Of a stretch of DNA of 64,000 bases, positions 9,775 through 20,396 are shown piece by piece. The DNA comes from Marinicella sp. (GTDB taxonomy: Bacteria; Pseudomonadota; Gammaproteobacteria; Xanthomonadales; Marinicellaceae), in NCBI GenBank assembly GCA_965230295.1, contig OZ246001.1:192001-256000 (forward strand), written 5' to 3'. A model generated the notes under the pieces. That model had not been told where the DNA came from and did not search any database. It saw only the letters and a list, made by a program, of their open reading frames with translations. Every line of letters begins with the position of its first letter. Within the stretch, counting starts at the first letter, position 1. A program made the position numbers and the translations under genes.

Positions 9775-10188
9775 ATGAAACAGTACAATCTGACCATCCA
9801 AACTCCAGGGCGGGGTTATTATCTGATCACCGACCAGATACAGAATGCAGTGGCTGAGGCTTTGGTGGGTATTGAAGTGGGTCTGTTGCATGTGTTTTTG
9901 CGTCATTCCTCGGCCAGTTTAACCATCAATGAAAATGCCGACCCTACGGTCAGAGAAGATTTCAAGCGGTTTGAAGAACATTTGGTGCCCAGAGATTTTC
10001 CGTACCGCCACGATTATGAAGGCGAAGATGACATGCCTGCCCATATCAAGTCTTCTTTGATGGGCTGTCAGTTGACGATTCCTGTCACTGAAGGCCGGTT
10101 GGCCCTGGGTACCTGGCAAGGTGTGTATTTGTGTGAACACCGCGACCAACCCCATCACCGGCGTTTGGTGTTGACATTGCGGGATTGA
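9775..10188 (+). CDS. yjbQ: UPF0047/YjbQ family protein
   Basis: HSSASLTINENADPTV, DMPAHIKSSL and LGTWQGVYLCEHR motifs. Confidence 0.92.
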   Translation: MKQYNLTIQTPGRGYYLITDQIQNAVAEALVGIEVGLLHVFLRHSSASLTINENADPTVREDFKRFEEHLVPRDFPYRHDYEGEDDMPAHIKSSLMGCQLTIPVTEGRLALGTWQGVYLCEHRDQPHHRRLVLTLRD

Positions 10189-10211
10189 ATGAAGTTATAA
10201 TTTTCAAGCAT

Positions 10212-10317
10212 GTTCACTTCGACTCCGCTCAGTGAACGATTATATTAATTCTTTGGCTGAGCTTGTTGAAATGGCCAGTACTGAGCCATCCGTTGGCTGA
10301 GCGGAGTCGAAGCCAAC
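10212..10317. repeat. REP-like palindromes (TTCGACTCCGCTCAG family)
   Basis: GTTCACTTCGACTCCGCTCAGTGAAC and GTTGGCTGAGCGGAGTCGAAGCCAAC; the family recurs at 23526-23550 and 32552-32735. Confidence 0.8.
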
Positions 10318-10513
10318 TTAACCTCCTTTCTTTTCGATTCACCTAGTGCCTCTGCTGACTCTACGTCTGATCTGGACGAATCAGATGACGCTGTGAAAGT
10401 TGCAAGGCAAACTGGAACCATCTCCTCTACATAATTGAATTGTTTCAATAAGATAGCCATGAACTCTTGAAGAGATTGCTATATACTAAATAGGAAAGTC
10501 TTTATGACTGTGT

Positions 10514-11518
10514 GTGATGACAGAAGCGGAAAAACGACTGCAATACCAAAAAAGTGAGTTCAGCGTGCTGAATAAATCGGCCATGTGGCTGGGTAATGTG
10601 GCCATGGTTTTTATCACCCCGTTTGCCATCAACAACTTTTTCAATGGACAACTGGAAGTGTCCATCATATCTTTCTCAATCATTTTGATTTTCTCATTCA
10701 ACACTTTCACTGTGTTGTTTTGGAAAAAATACTATTCAAACCTGTCCTTACTGGTACTCTCACCTGCCATTTTAGTTTTCTGTTATTATGCAATTCCGAA
10801 TCAAGGCATCATTGGTGTTTTATGGAGTTTTCCGGCCTTGGTGTGTGCCTATTATTTTTTACCAGAAAAACAGGCTTGGGTGGTGAATGTGGTGACCCTC
10901 TCTTTGTGTACCTACCTTGCTTTTGAAACTTTTGAACAAGGCTTGGCCATCAGGGTGTTTGCGACTTTGTCCCTGATCAGTGCCTTTACCGCAGTCAGTA
11001 TCAGACTCATATACAAACAACAAATCCTGTTGCATCACCTGGCCATCACTGATTCATTAACCGGGCTGTATAACCGCAATGCCTTAAAAACAGTGATTGA
11101 TGATGTCATCGAAAACCAACATAAACTGGATGAGCACTGTCATTTGATGACCTTAGATGTGGATCATTTCAAACACATCAACGACCAATATGGTCATGAC
11201 ACAGGTGATACCATGCTCAAAAAAGTGGCTCACAAGATCAGAGACCTGGTCGATCAACATGGCGTGGTGTTTCGCCACGGTGGTGAAGAATTCATTGCCG
11301 TAATTGAACAAGAAAGCTGGCAAAACACCAAAAAACTGGCCGAAAAAATCAGGGTAGCCATTGAAACCATTGAGGTTATCCCAGGTCGCAGAACCACCAT
11401 TTCAATCGGCTTGTCTAAGCTGAAACCAAAAATGTCACGAACTGATTGGATCAGAGAATCAGACCGCAACTTACTGATGGCAAAGGACCAGGGACGCAAT
11501 CAAATCATTGCCAGTTAA
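10514..11518 (+). CDS. Membrane-bound diguanylate cyclase
   Basis: Multiple TMs, DSLTGLYNR, DVDHFKHINDQYGH, GGEEF. Confidence 0.92.
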   Translation: MMTEAEKRLQYQKSEFSVLNKSAMWLGNVAMVFITPFAINNFFNGQLEVSIISFSIILIFSFNTFTVLFWKKYYSNLSLLVLSPAILVFCYYAIPNQGIIGVLWSFPALVCAYYFLPEKQAWVVNVVTLSLCTYLAFETFEQGLAIRVFATLSLISAFTAVSIRLIYKQQILLHHLAITDSLTGLYNRNALKTVIDDVIENQHKLDEHCHLMTLDVDHFKHINDQYGHDTGDTMLKKVAHKIRDLVDQHGVVFRHGGEEFIAVIEQESWQNTKKLAEKIRVAIETIEVIPGRRTTISIGLSKLKPKMSRTDWIRESDRNLLMAKDQGRNQIIAS

Positions 11519-11601
11519 ATCTTGTCGCGTGTCAATGGCAACTTTGTGTTGCGTGGCTTATAATCATTTGACAACTATTGAATAAATAAAAGGGGACAAA
11601 C

Positions 11602-13221
11602 ATGAGAGAATCATTTGTTGTAGCAGCAATCATCTGCCTATCAATGCCATCAACCAGCCTTGCCGTAAACACCCAAACCGATGAATTCACACCTTACATC
11701 GATCGAGCAGCAGGCGGTCCTGATGCTTTTGGATACACATGGGCAGATTCAAATGAACCAGGTGGACCTGTATTCAACTGGGTTGACATCACTGGTATCG
11801 GCACCCAAGTGACCGGATTAGCTGATGACAATTCAGTGCCCTTGATACCTATGGGAATGGATTTCACCTACTATTGGATCACCTTTTCTGACATCAAAAT
11901 TGGTTCCAATGGCTGGCTCAGTTTTAACAATGTAAGTAATGTGGCACATTGCTTTCCTGTTTTACCAACTCCTGGTAGCACTGGCGATAATTTGGTGGCA
12001 CCATTTATGTCCGATCTGAACTTCAGTGAACCTGGAAACCCCGCTGCAGTGTATTATTTCCATGATACCGATAATCAGGAATTTATAGTTAGTTATATCG
12101 ACGTTCCATGGTGGGTCAATTCCAACCCGGCATACATAGGCTCCAATACGTTTCAGGTTATTTTTTCCGCAATAGACAACAGCATTACATACCAATATTT
12201 AGACATGGATCCTGCCAATTTTAATGACACAGCAGGTTGTGCCCATGACTTGAGCATAGGCTTTGAAAACACCACTGGTAATATCGGCTTAGAAATCAGT
12301 TCGGAGACTGTACCCCCTGACAATTATGCCATCAGGATTACCTACCCAGATCCTGTCTTATTCAACATCATTGACTTGGCCCCCATTTGGAATCAAAACG
12401 ACCAAAACAGTGGGAGATTTTCTTTTTTGGGTCAAGAGGTGACATTATTATCTCGGGTTAAAAACACCGGAAACACTGATGCAGTTAATGATATTGATGT
12501 CACCATGCAAGTGTTTGACGACCAGAATATGTCAATCTACACTGAATCAGACACTTTGATGGGTCTGGTTGCTCAAGGTGAAATTGATGTGATTTCCTCT
12601 AATCTACTAATCACTGCAGCAGGCACATATCGACATGTGGCTACCACCACTTCAGCAGAAGACATCAATCCCAGTAACAACGTCAATGAATCGGAGCTGG
12701 TAATAGTCGATACATCACAAGCACCATTGACTTTAAGTTTCACTGATGCAAATTCTCATAATGGCGTCATTTCCTGGAATGGCGGAAACGGTGGAGCAGG
12801 CGTCTTTATCAGCCCTCCTGAAGCTGGCTGGTCAATATACAGTGTCGAAATGTTTGTGGTTGCTGGAGGCGGTGCTGGTGCTGATTACACGGTGAGTATA
12901 TTTGCCAATGACAATGGTGATGGCCTGCCAGGAACATTATTAGATTCTGTAGTTGTTCCTGAAGGATCTTATACATTTGATACTTGGGTTGAAACCGTCA
13001 TGAACAGCCTGATTGAAGCACCCACTGAAGGATTTTTCGTGACTTGGGAGCAAATCAATGCCGAAGGGGTTTCTTTGGGTAGAGATGACAACCGGCCTTT
13101 CTCTTTTAACAGCATTGAACAGTTAGGTGGCCAGTGGGCCACTTACCGCCGGAATGATGCTTCTGACTTGATGATCAGGGCTAATTTAGTGGATGTGATT
13201 TTTGCTGATGGATTTGATTGA
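11602..13221 (+). CDS. Secreted multidomain protein (CARDB-like region) ending DVIFADGFD
   Basis: Signal peptide, GGPDAFGYTW repeat-type start, VKNTGN...DINPSNN CARDB-like segment. Confidence 0.8.
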   Translation: MRESFVVAAIICLSMPSTSLAVNTQTDEFTPYIDRAAGGPDAFGYTWADSNEPGGPVFNWVDITGIGTQVTGLADDNSVPLIPMGMDFTYYWITFSDIKIGSNGWLSFNNVSNVAHCFPVLPTPGSTGDNLVAPFMSDLNFSEPGNPAAVYYFHDTDNQEFIVSYIDVPWWVNSNPAYIGSNTFQVIFSAIDNSITYQYLDMDPANFNDTAGCAHDLSIGFENTTGNIGLEISSETVPPDNYAIRITYPDPVLFNIIDLAPIWNQNDQNSGRFSFLGQEVTLLSRVKNTGNTDAVNDIDVTMQVFDDQNMSIYTESDTLMGLVAQGEIDVISSNLLITAAGTYRHVATTTSAEDINPSNNVNESELVIVDTSQAPLTLSFTDANSHNGVISWNGGNGGAGVFISPPEAGWSIYSVEMFVVAGGGAGADYTVSIFANDNGDGLPGTLLDSVVVPEGSYTFDTWVETVMNSLIEAPTEGFFVTWEQINAEGVSLGRDDNRPFSFNSIEQLGGQWATYRRNDASDLMIRANLVDVIFADGFD

Positions 13222-13262
13222 ATAAAGGAATGAAGTCCCAAGAACATTCCTTAATGGTTGAT

Positions 13263-13712
13263 TCAGCATTGTGGGAATGGATTGAGGTCTGGTTCAATAA
13301 ATTTTGACCTGGCACGGTCTGAGAACAATAACTCGTGGCTGTAATGTGACAACAGTATTTCTTTGTTAAGTAACACTGGATTTGTAGATATAAATTCATT
13401 GGCAGATTTCATTGACTGGCTGTTCTGCATAAAATGCCAGATGGCAATCATCCACCCATGAGTGATGGTCATGTGAAACTTATCTGGGCTCACACCGTGG
13501 GCTTTGAGAAAGCCCATCAATGTATCTTGCATTTTTTTACCACCGTCAGATAAATCATGGGAAGTTAAATAACAATAGGCCAATTTAACATGCACCTCAT
13601 GACTGAACTCAGGTAACTGCATGACATGGTTTTCTATGGCAGCCACCATCAATTCATCAGCTTCGCTCATGCGATGTTTTACTGCAGTTTTAATCTTGTT
13701 ATTCATGACCAT
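13263..13712 (-). CDS. Hypothetical protein
   Basis: FSHEVHVKLAY, KFHMTITHGW and HYSHELLFSDRARSKFIEPDL resemble a conserved hypothetical family. Confidence 0.75.
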   Translation of the reverse strand: MVMNNKIKTAVKHRMSEADELMVAAIENHVMQLPEFSHEVHVKLAYCYLTSHDLSDGGKKMQDTLMGFLKAHGVSPDKFHMTITHGWMIAIWHFMQNSQSMKSANEFISTNPVLLNKEILLSHYSHELLFSDRARSKFIEPDLNPFPQC

Positions 13713-13935
13713 ATTTTACTGGATCTGATGTGAAAACAACAGCACACCCAACTCCACTTATTTGAACCAACCTGTGGTGAGAATCTTTGCCACTGATGTG
13801 TGTATTCGGACTGTATTCAGTAAATGGTGTAACAAAGCACTCTTGCATTATTTTTTGTGGCCTCTGTTTTACATTTGTATAAAATCAAAGGTGTAAAACA
13901 GGTAGAATATTAATACTTACTTTGACTGATGGATC

Positions 13936-14868
13936 ATGAAAAAACCTTTGATTGGCCTGGCCTTAGGCAGTGGTTCTGCCAGGGGGATGTCACACATTGG
14001 CGTTATCAATGCCTTACAAGACATGGACATTCATCCAGACATTGTGGCTGGATGCTCTGTCGGTAGTTTGGTGGGTGCCAGCTATGCCACTTCAAATTTG
14101 GATCGCCTTGAACAATGGGCATTGTCAATGACTGAATCAAAAATCAGAAACTTTCTGAGCCTGAACATCAGTGCAGCTGGATTCGTGAACTCTAAACGAT
14201 TACAAAAACTGTTTGAAAACGCCATTGGTATTGAGTCATTAACTTTCAAAGACATGGATCGACCCTTTGGGGCTGTGGCCACCAACTTAAGTTCTGGCAA
14301 AGAGGTATGGCTGACTGAAGGCTCTGTGCATGATGCATTGTGGTCTTCCATGGCTTTCCCTGGTTTATTTCCTGCCGTACTGCACAATAAAAAATGGCTG
14401 GTAGATGGCGGGTTGGTCAACCCGGTGCCTGTTTCATTGTGCCGTGCCATGGGTGCAGATGTGGTGATTGCAGTGAATTTGAATGCCGACATCATCAACA
14501 GTTATGAAATTTTTGATGAATCCACTTCCAGCGATGCCGACATTGATCAATCAGTTGACCCAGGTGATGAACCCACATTTTGGGGAAAAACCAAATCTGG
14601 TTTTCAAAAAGCGTTTGATATGGTCAGTGCAGATGGTAGCGAAGTCAAAGAACCCAAAGGCCTGGATGTCATATCTAACTCAATTCACATCATGTCATCC
14701 CACTTAACCCGCAGTCGACTAGCTGGAGAGCCGCCTGATGTTTTGTTGCAACCAAGATTGACAGATGTGGGTTTGTTACAGGTTTACAAAGCCAAAGAAA
14801 CCATATGTGAAGGCAGGGCTTGTGTCGAACGGATGCAAGATGAAATCAACTTCAGGATCAAAGGATAA
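13936..14868 (+). CDS. rssA: Patatin-like phospholipase (RssA family)
   Basis: LALGSGSARG, GCSVG nucleophile elbow, DGG motif. Confidence 0.85.
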   Translation: MKKPLIGLALGSGSARGMSHIGVINALQDMDIHPDIVAGCSVGSLVGASYATSNLDRLEQWALSMTESKIRNFLSLNISAAGFVNSKRLQKLFENAIGIESLTFKDMDRPFGAVATNLSSGKEVWLTEGSVHDALWSSMAFPGLFPAVLHNKKWLVDGGLVNPVPVSLCRAMGADVVIAVNLNADIINSYEIFDESTSSDADIDQSVDPGDEPTFWGKTKSGFQKAFDMVSADGSEVKEPKGLDVISNSIHIMSSHLTRSRLAGEPPDVLLQPRLTDVGLLQVYKAKETICEGRACVERMQDEINFRIKG

Positions 14869-14915
14869 ACCGCACCATTGATCGGCTTTTACATTGATAA
14901 TTGATAAAGAAAAAG

Positions 14916-16154
14916 ATGTTTAAAACTACAGAACAAATCACCTTACCCATCAACATCACATTAGGCCTTGGGGCTTACACAACCAAATTGTATATTGGCA
15001 GTGAACAGGTTGAAGTCAATGTATTGCTGGACACTGGTAGCAGCACATTAGCCATAGATCTTGAAAAATACACACCAGAAAAAGACCAACATTTAAAAAC
15101 CACAAAATATGCACAAGATGTGGTTTATGGATCAGGTGGTTGGGCAGGACCAGTGGTTCACAGTCATATAGAATTGAATCATGATCAAAAATTAACGTTG
15201 GATAATGCACCCATTGCCATAACCGCCAACAGCCAACAACAAAATTTTCAACAAGCAGACGGCATTTGGGGGTTGGCATACCATCACCTGAACAAAGCCT
15301 ATGACGTCAGCAGTTACCTGGCTGATCAACAACCCGCTTTGGATTCAACTTTTCCATGGCCATTTTCAATAGAAGAATCACCAACTGCGATGCGAAATTT
15401 CAGATCTTATCTACACCAATTTCCTGAACATGACATCACGCCATTGTTCACTGATTTTGAGGAAAACAACATCATCCCTAATTTATTCACCCTCAAAACT
15501 CACCGTTCAATTGAATATGTACCCAGGTCAGGGATGGATAATGAAGAATTGGAAAGAGAACCATTGAACCAAGGGCAATTAATCATCGGTGGACAATTGG
15601 CAGAAGCACCTCAACGCAGCACTTTGGTGATACATGATGCCTATTACAACACCCATTTGATGGCATGTCAGGTATCTGGTTTTCCGGCTTGTGAAGCCCC
15701 TCCTTTGGATGAAAAACACATCAACAGTTTTTTCTCCAATGCCATCATAGATTCTGGTTGCAGTTTTCTGGTATTACAAAAATCCTTATACAGTTATGTT
15801 TTGGATTGTTTTGGCCAAATCAATGCATCTTTTCCATCCATGGTTGAAACCGCAACCGCGGCATGTCAACAAAATAAAGACTTTCACCCTGATCTTATCA
15901 ATTTAAAGGATTGGCCTGATATTTACTTGGTATTTAAAGCCCCTGATGACAAACAAGTGACTTTAACCGTTCCTCCTCAATGCTATTGGCAACACCATGC
16001 CAAGACACCAGATAATTGGATGTTCATGATTATGAACCAACTACCCCAATGGCCCGATCAAACCTTATGCGGGTTACCATTGATCAACAATTACACCTGC
16101 GTTTTTGATCGATCTAAAGAAGAAAATGGTTTGATACACTGGGTAGATAAATAA
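14916..16154 (+). CDS. Pepsin-like (A1) aspartic protease
   Basis: VLLDTGSS and AIIDSGCS catalytic motifs, flap YGSG, psi-loops GIWGL and LCGL. Confidence 0.88.
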   Translation: MFKTTEQITLPINITLGLGAYTTKLYIGSEQVEVNVLLDTGSSTLAIDLEKYTPEKDQHLKTTKYAQDVVYGSGGWAGPVVHSHIELNHDQKLTLDNAPIAITANSQQQNFQQADGIWGLAYHHLNKAYDVSSYLADQQPALDSTFPWPFSIEESPTAMRNFRSYLHQFPEHDITPLFTDFEENNIIPNLFTLKTHRSIEYVPRSGMDNEELEREPLNQGQLIIGGQLAEAPQRSTLVIHDAYYNTHLMACQVSGFPACEAPPLDEKHINSFFSNAIIDSGCSFLVLQKSLYSYVLDCFGQINASFPSMVETATAACQQNKDFHPDLINLKDWPDIYLVFKAPDDKQVTLTVPPQCYWQHHAKTPDNWMFMIMNQLPQWPDQTLCGLPLINNYTCVFDRSKEENGLIHWVDK

Positions 16155-16332
16155 TTTATAGCCAAAGTCTGCGGCACTTTTTTTGAATGCCATAAACATC
16201 AACAGGCACAGTTTATGGTATACAGCGCCTTGAATAACGAAATATCCAATCTCAAAATATCTACAAATCACGTTGGAAAAGACTTAGAATAATTCAAATC
16301 AACATTTTATTGATTGAATCAACCTGAGTGAA

Positions 16333-17292
16333 ATGAGCAATGACAAAACCCATCAAATAAAACACATCCGGATAGATTTTGATGACCACAAAGTCACCTC
16401 GAATGGTGTCGAAGTCAGTATTGATTACAAAGCCATTGAGGTTCTTCAATTGTTGATCAAGCATGCCGGTGAAACGGTTCATACCGAACAATTCATGGAC
16501 AGCATTTGGCATGACAAACCCAGCGCACCTGAGGTGATACCGGCCGCCATTGCCAGACTCAGAAAAATGTTTAAAAAAGCCGGTATAGGCGATGACTTGA
16601 TCGTAACTGTGCATAAAGTTGGTTATCGATTTGAGCCCTTAAGTGAAGCTGAAGAACACACTTTGGTTAACCCTAAACAAAGCCACTCGTTGCTTAATGT
16701 GTTTTTTTTGATCTTGGGCTTGGCTGGTTTGTTCACCAGTATTGGTTTGAACATCAAGCATTACATGAACAACAATGATGAGGACCAACTGGCACAAATT
16801 GAAGCGGCTAAAATACAGCAAGAATCCGCTTCTGATGCCACCCAAATTTATATTTTGCGACACACAGAAAAAGCCGATGAGACTTCAGAAAACCCGGACC
16901 TTTCAGTGCAAGGCATTGAACGAGCAAAATACTGGAAAAAAGTATTACAACACACTGAATTTGATCAAGTTTTTACCACAGATTTTAAACGCAACATACA
17001 AACAGCAGAGCTGATATCAGCAGCCAGTTCAGTCAAACCCGAATTGTATTATCCCATGTCATTTGATGTGTTGAAGTTTTTGAATTTGATCAAAGGGCAG
17101 CAAGTGTTGATCATTGGCCACAGCAACACCATACCGGATATGGTCAACCGCCTGATTGGTGAAACCAAGTATCCGCCTATGAGCCACAAAAATTACAACA
17201 TCCTTTATATCATCACCATCAATAAAAATGGCGACACCAGCTCCAATATGTTGCATGTAGAAATGCCATCTCGATCAGATGAAGGTTTATAA
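16333..17292 (+). CDS. Winged-helix (CadC/ToxR-like)-TM-histidine phosphatase fusion protein
   Basis: N-terminal AIARLRKMF...TVHKVGYRF; one TM; C-terminal IYILRHTEK...IIGHSNTIP. Confidence 0.85.
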   Translation: MSNDKTHQIKHIRIDFDDHKVTSNGVEVSIDYKAIEVLQLLIKHAGETVHTEQFMDSIWHDKPSAPEVIPAAIARLRKMFKKAGIGDDLIVTVHKVGYRFEPLSEAEEHTLVNPKQSHSLLNVFFLILGLAGLFTSIGLNIKHYMNNNDEDQLAQIEAAKIQQESASDATQIYILRHTEKADETSENPDLSVQGIERAKYWKKVLQHTEFDQVFTTDFKRNIQTAELISAASSVKPELYYPMSFDVLKFLNLIKGQQVLIIGHSNTIPDMVNRLIGETKYPPMSHKNYNILYIITINKNGDTSSNMLHVEMPSRSDEGL

Positions 17293-18416
17293 AGTATAAA
17301 ACGTGGTGAAGAAGAGCACCATTCGATAGATCAAATACACCCAATAAACTGACAACGCATAAATAAAAACTTTTATCAACAAAGTGATGCCCTTTGTGTT
17401 GTACACCCTGATGCAAGCCAAATAAAAATACCAGGTAAAAATGGTTACTAAAATTAACGAGAAAACCAACTCAATCAGTCCACCACTTACTTTAAGAAAA
17501 AGCAGTGGGACGATAAAATTGATCAATGCCAACAGCAACGGAGCAACCACAGCTTGAATCAACAACATGAATGAAAACAGGTGGGTGGCAAAAACCAAAC
17601 TACCAACCACAGGAAAAGGTTGTTTTGGAAACAATATAAGCATTATCAGGGCAAACATAGGCACCATCAACATCACCAATGATTTGGCTAAAATTTCAAC
17701 CCTGTCATTGAACCGTTCTGTGAATGATGCATCAGTCTCTTCTGATCCTTGCAACCTTTCATCCAACATCTTCTTTGCCATTGGTTGATGAATAAAATTT
17801 GTAGAATTAGGGCCTGTTAACACTAAATAAATGACGACTGTTATGACTGAAAACATCACTATCAAGGCGCGAATCGCGTGATTTGGCATGCCAATTGAGT
17901 GATGAGCAACGCAGGGTGTGGTGTTTTCAGCCTTAACCCATAGGGCTGGACCGTATTTTCCACCCACCGGCCTTAGCCAATCGTTCATGTGGAGTGACCA
18001 CATATCACGATGGGTGGCGTTGTTGGCTGAAAAATACGGTTTCAGCAGTGGCCATTCATTTAGTGTTAACAGGCCCTAGTGTGGGTTTGCAAATGGGCTG
18101 TAAAGGCTGAATGACCTTGATAGGCAGCAACCAAGAAGAACACAATGTTGATCGTCAATAAGATTTGAAACGGTGATAAACGCTTCTTTCTAACACCTGA
18201 CATGTAATCAAGGGTTAACTGTCCTGGCTTACTGATCAACAACCAAAATGAACTGATGAATTTACCGTCCACTTCTGTGATTGAAGTGAATATATGTTCA
18301 AAAATAGTTTTTGAAGACAGGTCCTTTTTGGAGAATTTTTTTTCGCCACATTGGTGACAAAACTGCCCAAGCAATGGTTGTGCACAACTTGGGCATTGTT
18401 CATTGATATCAGACAA
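17287..18416 (-). pseudogene. DUF3667 zinc-ribbon membrane protein interrupted by a MITE
   Basis: N-terminal CPSC..FCHQCGEK; removing 17810-18078 restores the frame ...QTHT-NSTNFIHQ... Confidence 0.88.
17810..18076. mobile_element. 267-bp MITE with 19-bp TIRs GGGCCTGTTAACACTAAAT and TA target duplication
   Basis: Perfect TIRs at 17810-17828 and 18058-18076; TA at 17808-17809 and 18077-18078. Confidence 0.92.
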
Positions 18417-18422
18417 AAACCT

Positions 18423-20327
18423 TTACCTCACTTGTTGTGAGGTCACCCAAGCATCCACATTTTCTTCCAATATTGCCATGGGTACGGCACCACCTAAGAG
18501 CACCAGATCATGAAAGGCTTTGATGTCAAAGTGTTCACCCAAGGCATTTCTGGCTTTATCTCGCAGTTCAACGATTTTGATCATACCCAGTTTATAGCCC
18601 AAGGCCTGACCCGGCCAAACCATATAACGTTCAATTTCTGCCACCACATCTGAGTCAACTGTACCGGTGGTTTCGGCCATGTATTTGATGGCTTCTTCCC
18701 GGGTCCACTTCTTATGGTGCAAACCAGTGTCTACCACCAACCGCACCGCACGGAATAATTCAGCTTTCAAACGACCCAGATCACCGTAAGGATCGCCATC
18801 ATACATACCCATTTCTTTGGCCACCAGTTCTGAATACAGCGCCCAGCCTTCTACATAGGCGTTGTAGGGTGCTATGCGACGAACCATGGGCAAACTGTCT
18901 TGTGCCAGATTCAGGGCCACTTGCCAATGATGTCCCGGGTTGGCTTCGTGGTATGTCAGTGTTTTCAAATCAAATTTAGCATTGGCTTTGATGTCTCTCA
19001 GGTTGATCCAATAGATGCCTGGCTGTGAACCATCAATTTTTGGTGATGAGTACATGCCACCAGGTGCCGAGGCTTCACGGGCTTTAGGAAAGGCCCTGAC
19101 CTCAACTTCATAAGGCGGTTTGGTGCCGAACAATTCAGGCATGCGCACATTGATTTCTTCAATATAACCATTCAAGTCAGCAATGAGTTCTGCCCTACCC
19201 TCTGCCGAATCTTCATACAAAAACTGAGGATCGTCATTGATCGCCAGCATGCGTTCTCCGACAGTCCCTTCGGTGTGGCCATTGGCCACCAAAATGGCAT
19301 CCATTTCTGCAGAAATACGCTCCACTTCATTCAAGCCAACCTGGTGAATTTCTTCTGGTGACAGGTCTGTATCTCCCAACATTTTCACTGCATCGGCATA
19401 GTACTCTGGGCCATTGGGCTGTGCCCAAATACCTGATTCTTCGGTCGCTTTTTCCAGCAGTTGCTTTTGCGCCTGAATCAATAAACGGTAACCCGAGTAA
19501 ACCCCTCCACTGATGTGATCCGCCGCTTGTTTTGACATGTTTTCAGCTTCTTCCTTTGAGATGCCTTCAATTTCGTTGACCTGGCTTGCAAAAGTTTTGT
19601 ACAACGGGTGTTGCGTCACTTCTGGCTCAATGAAAGCCTCCAATCCCGCAATGGTTTTATTCAAAATCACTTTAGGAGCTATCCAACCCTGTTCGGTGTC
19701 ATGTGATAACTTAGCCATCACACTTTGTAAGAAGGCATCATAAGCATCCAACCTTTGAAGAAAATCTTCGGCGTCTTTTTTGTTGTTGATTTTTTGGTTA
19801 GCCACCATGTAATTAGGCACATCGATCAGTGGCCCGTTGATTTGGTTGACCACAAAAGGTGATAAACCCATCCACAAATCTATGTAACCAATGTCAAATT
19901 TTTCATGACCAGAAAAGTAACGATTTAAATTCATCATCACTTTTTGGTTGGCGATGTCAGTTGCATCGGTCACTTCCATGTTGGCCAATTGCTTGTTGAT
20001 TTCACGCAGTTTGGCCCTGAGTTTGGCTTCTGCTGCTGGAGAATAGTCATCCAAACGGTGGTTATAAGCACCACCAGCCAGGGCCTCATCCACCCCTAAG
20101 ACAGTGGCATAATGTGGTCGGGCATGGAATAACATGGCAGCACTGCTGTCAAAATTAACTTGTAAAGGTGGAATGGCGGGTTCTTTTTGCTCAGCATGGT
20201 TGGGTAAACTGGGCTTTACCAACACCTCTTCTTTTTCGTTGATTGGTGCAGTTTCTTTATCGCCACAAGCAAATAATGTAAGGGCAAAACAACCTATAAA
20301 GAACGGTTTAAAAATAGTTTTCATCAT
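18423..20327 (-). CDS. DUF885 family lipoprotein (putative metallopeptidase)
   Basis: Lipobox LFAC, YHEANPGHHWQ, AYVEGWALYSE, RLVVDTGLH. Confidence 0.92.
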   Translation of the reverse strand: MMKTIFKPFFIGCFALTLFACGDKETAPINEKEEVLVKPSLPNHAEQKEPAIPPLQVNFDSSAAMLFHARPHYATVLGVDEALAGGAYNHRLDDYSPAAEAKLRAKLREINKQLANMEVTDATDIANQKVMMNLNRYFSGHEKFDIGYIDLWMGLSPFVVNQINGPLIDVPNYMVANQKINNKKDAEDFLQRLDAYDAFLQSVMAKLSHDTEQGWIAPKVILNKTIAGLEAFIEPEVTQHPLYKTFASQVNEIEGISKEEAENMSKQAADHISGGVYSGYRLLIQAQKQLLEKATEESGIWAQPNGPEYYADAVKMLGDTDLSPEEIHQVGLNEVERISAEMDAILVANGHTEGTVGERMLAINDDPQFLYEDSAEGRAELIADLNGYIEEINVRMPELFGTKPPYEVEVRAFPKAREASAPGGMYSSPKIDGSQPGIYWINLRDIKANAKFDLKTLTYHEANPGHHWQVALNLAQDSLPMVRRIAPYNAYVEGWALYSELVAKEMGMYDGDPYGDLGRLKAELFRAVRLVVDTGLHHKKWTREEAIKYMAETTGTVDSDVVAEIERYMVWPGQALGYKLGMIKIVELRDKARNALGEHFDIKAFHDLVLLGGAVPMAILEENVDAWVTSQQVR

Positions 20328-20396
20328 TCAAAGCAAGTTCAATTAAAGGCACTTATCTTAATGCCCTGATGCGACAAATACAAAGAACTGCTTGTT

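Noticed and set aside
17287-18003. Independent 238-aa membrane protein
   Set aside because: Its N-terminal ~65 aa come from the MITE; it is the 3' half of the DUF3667 gene
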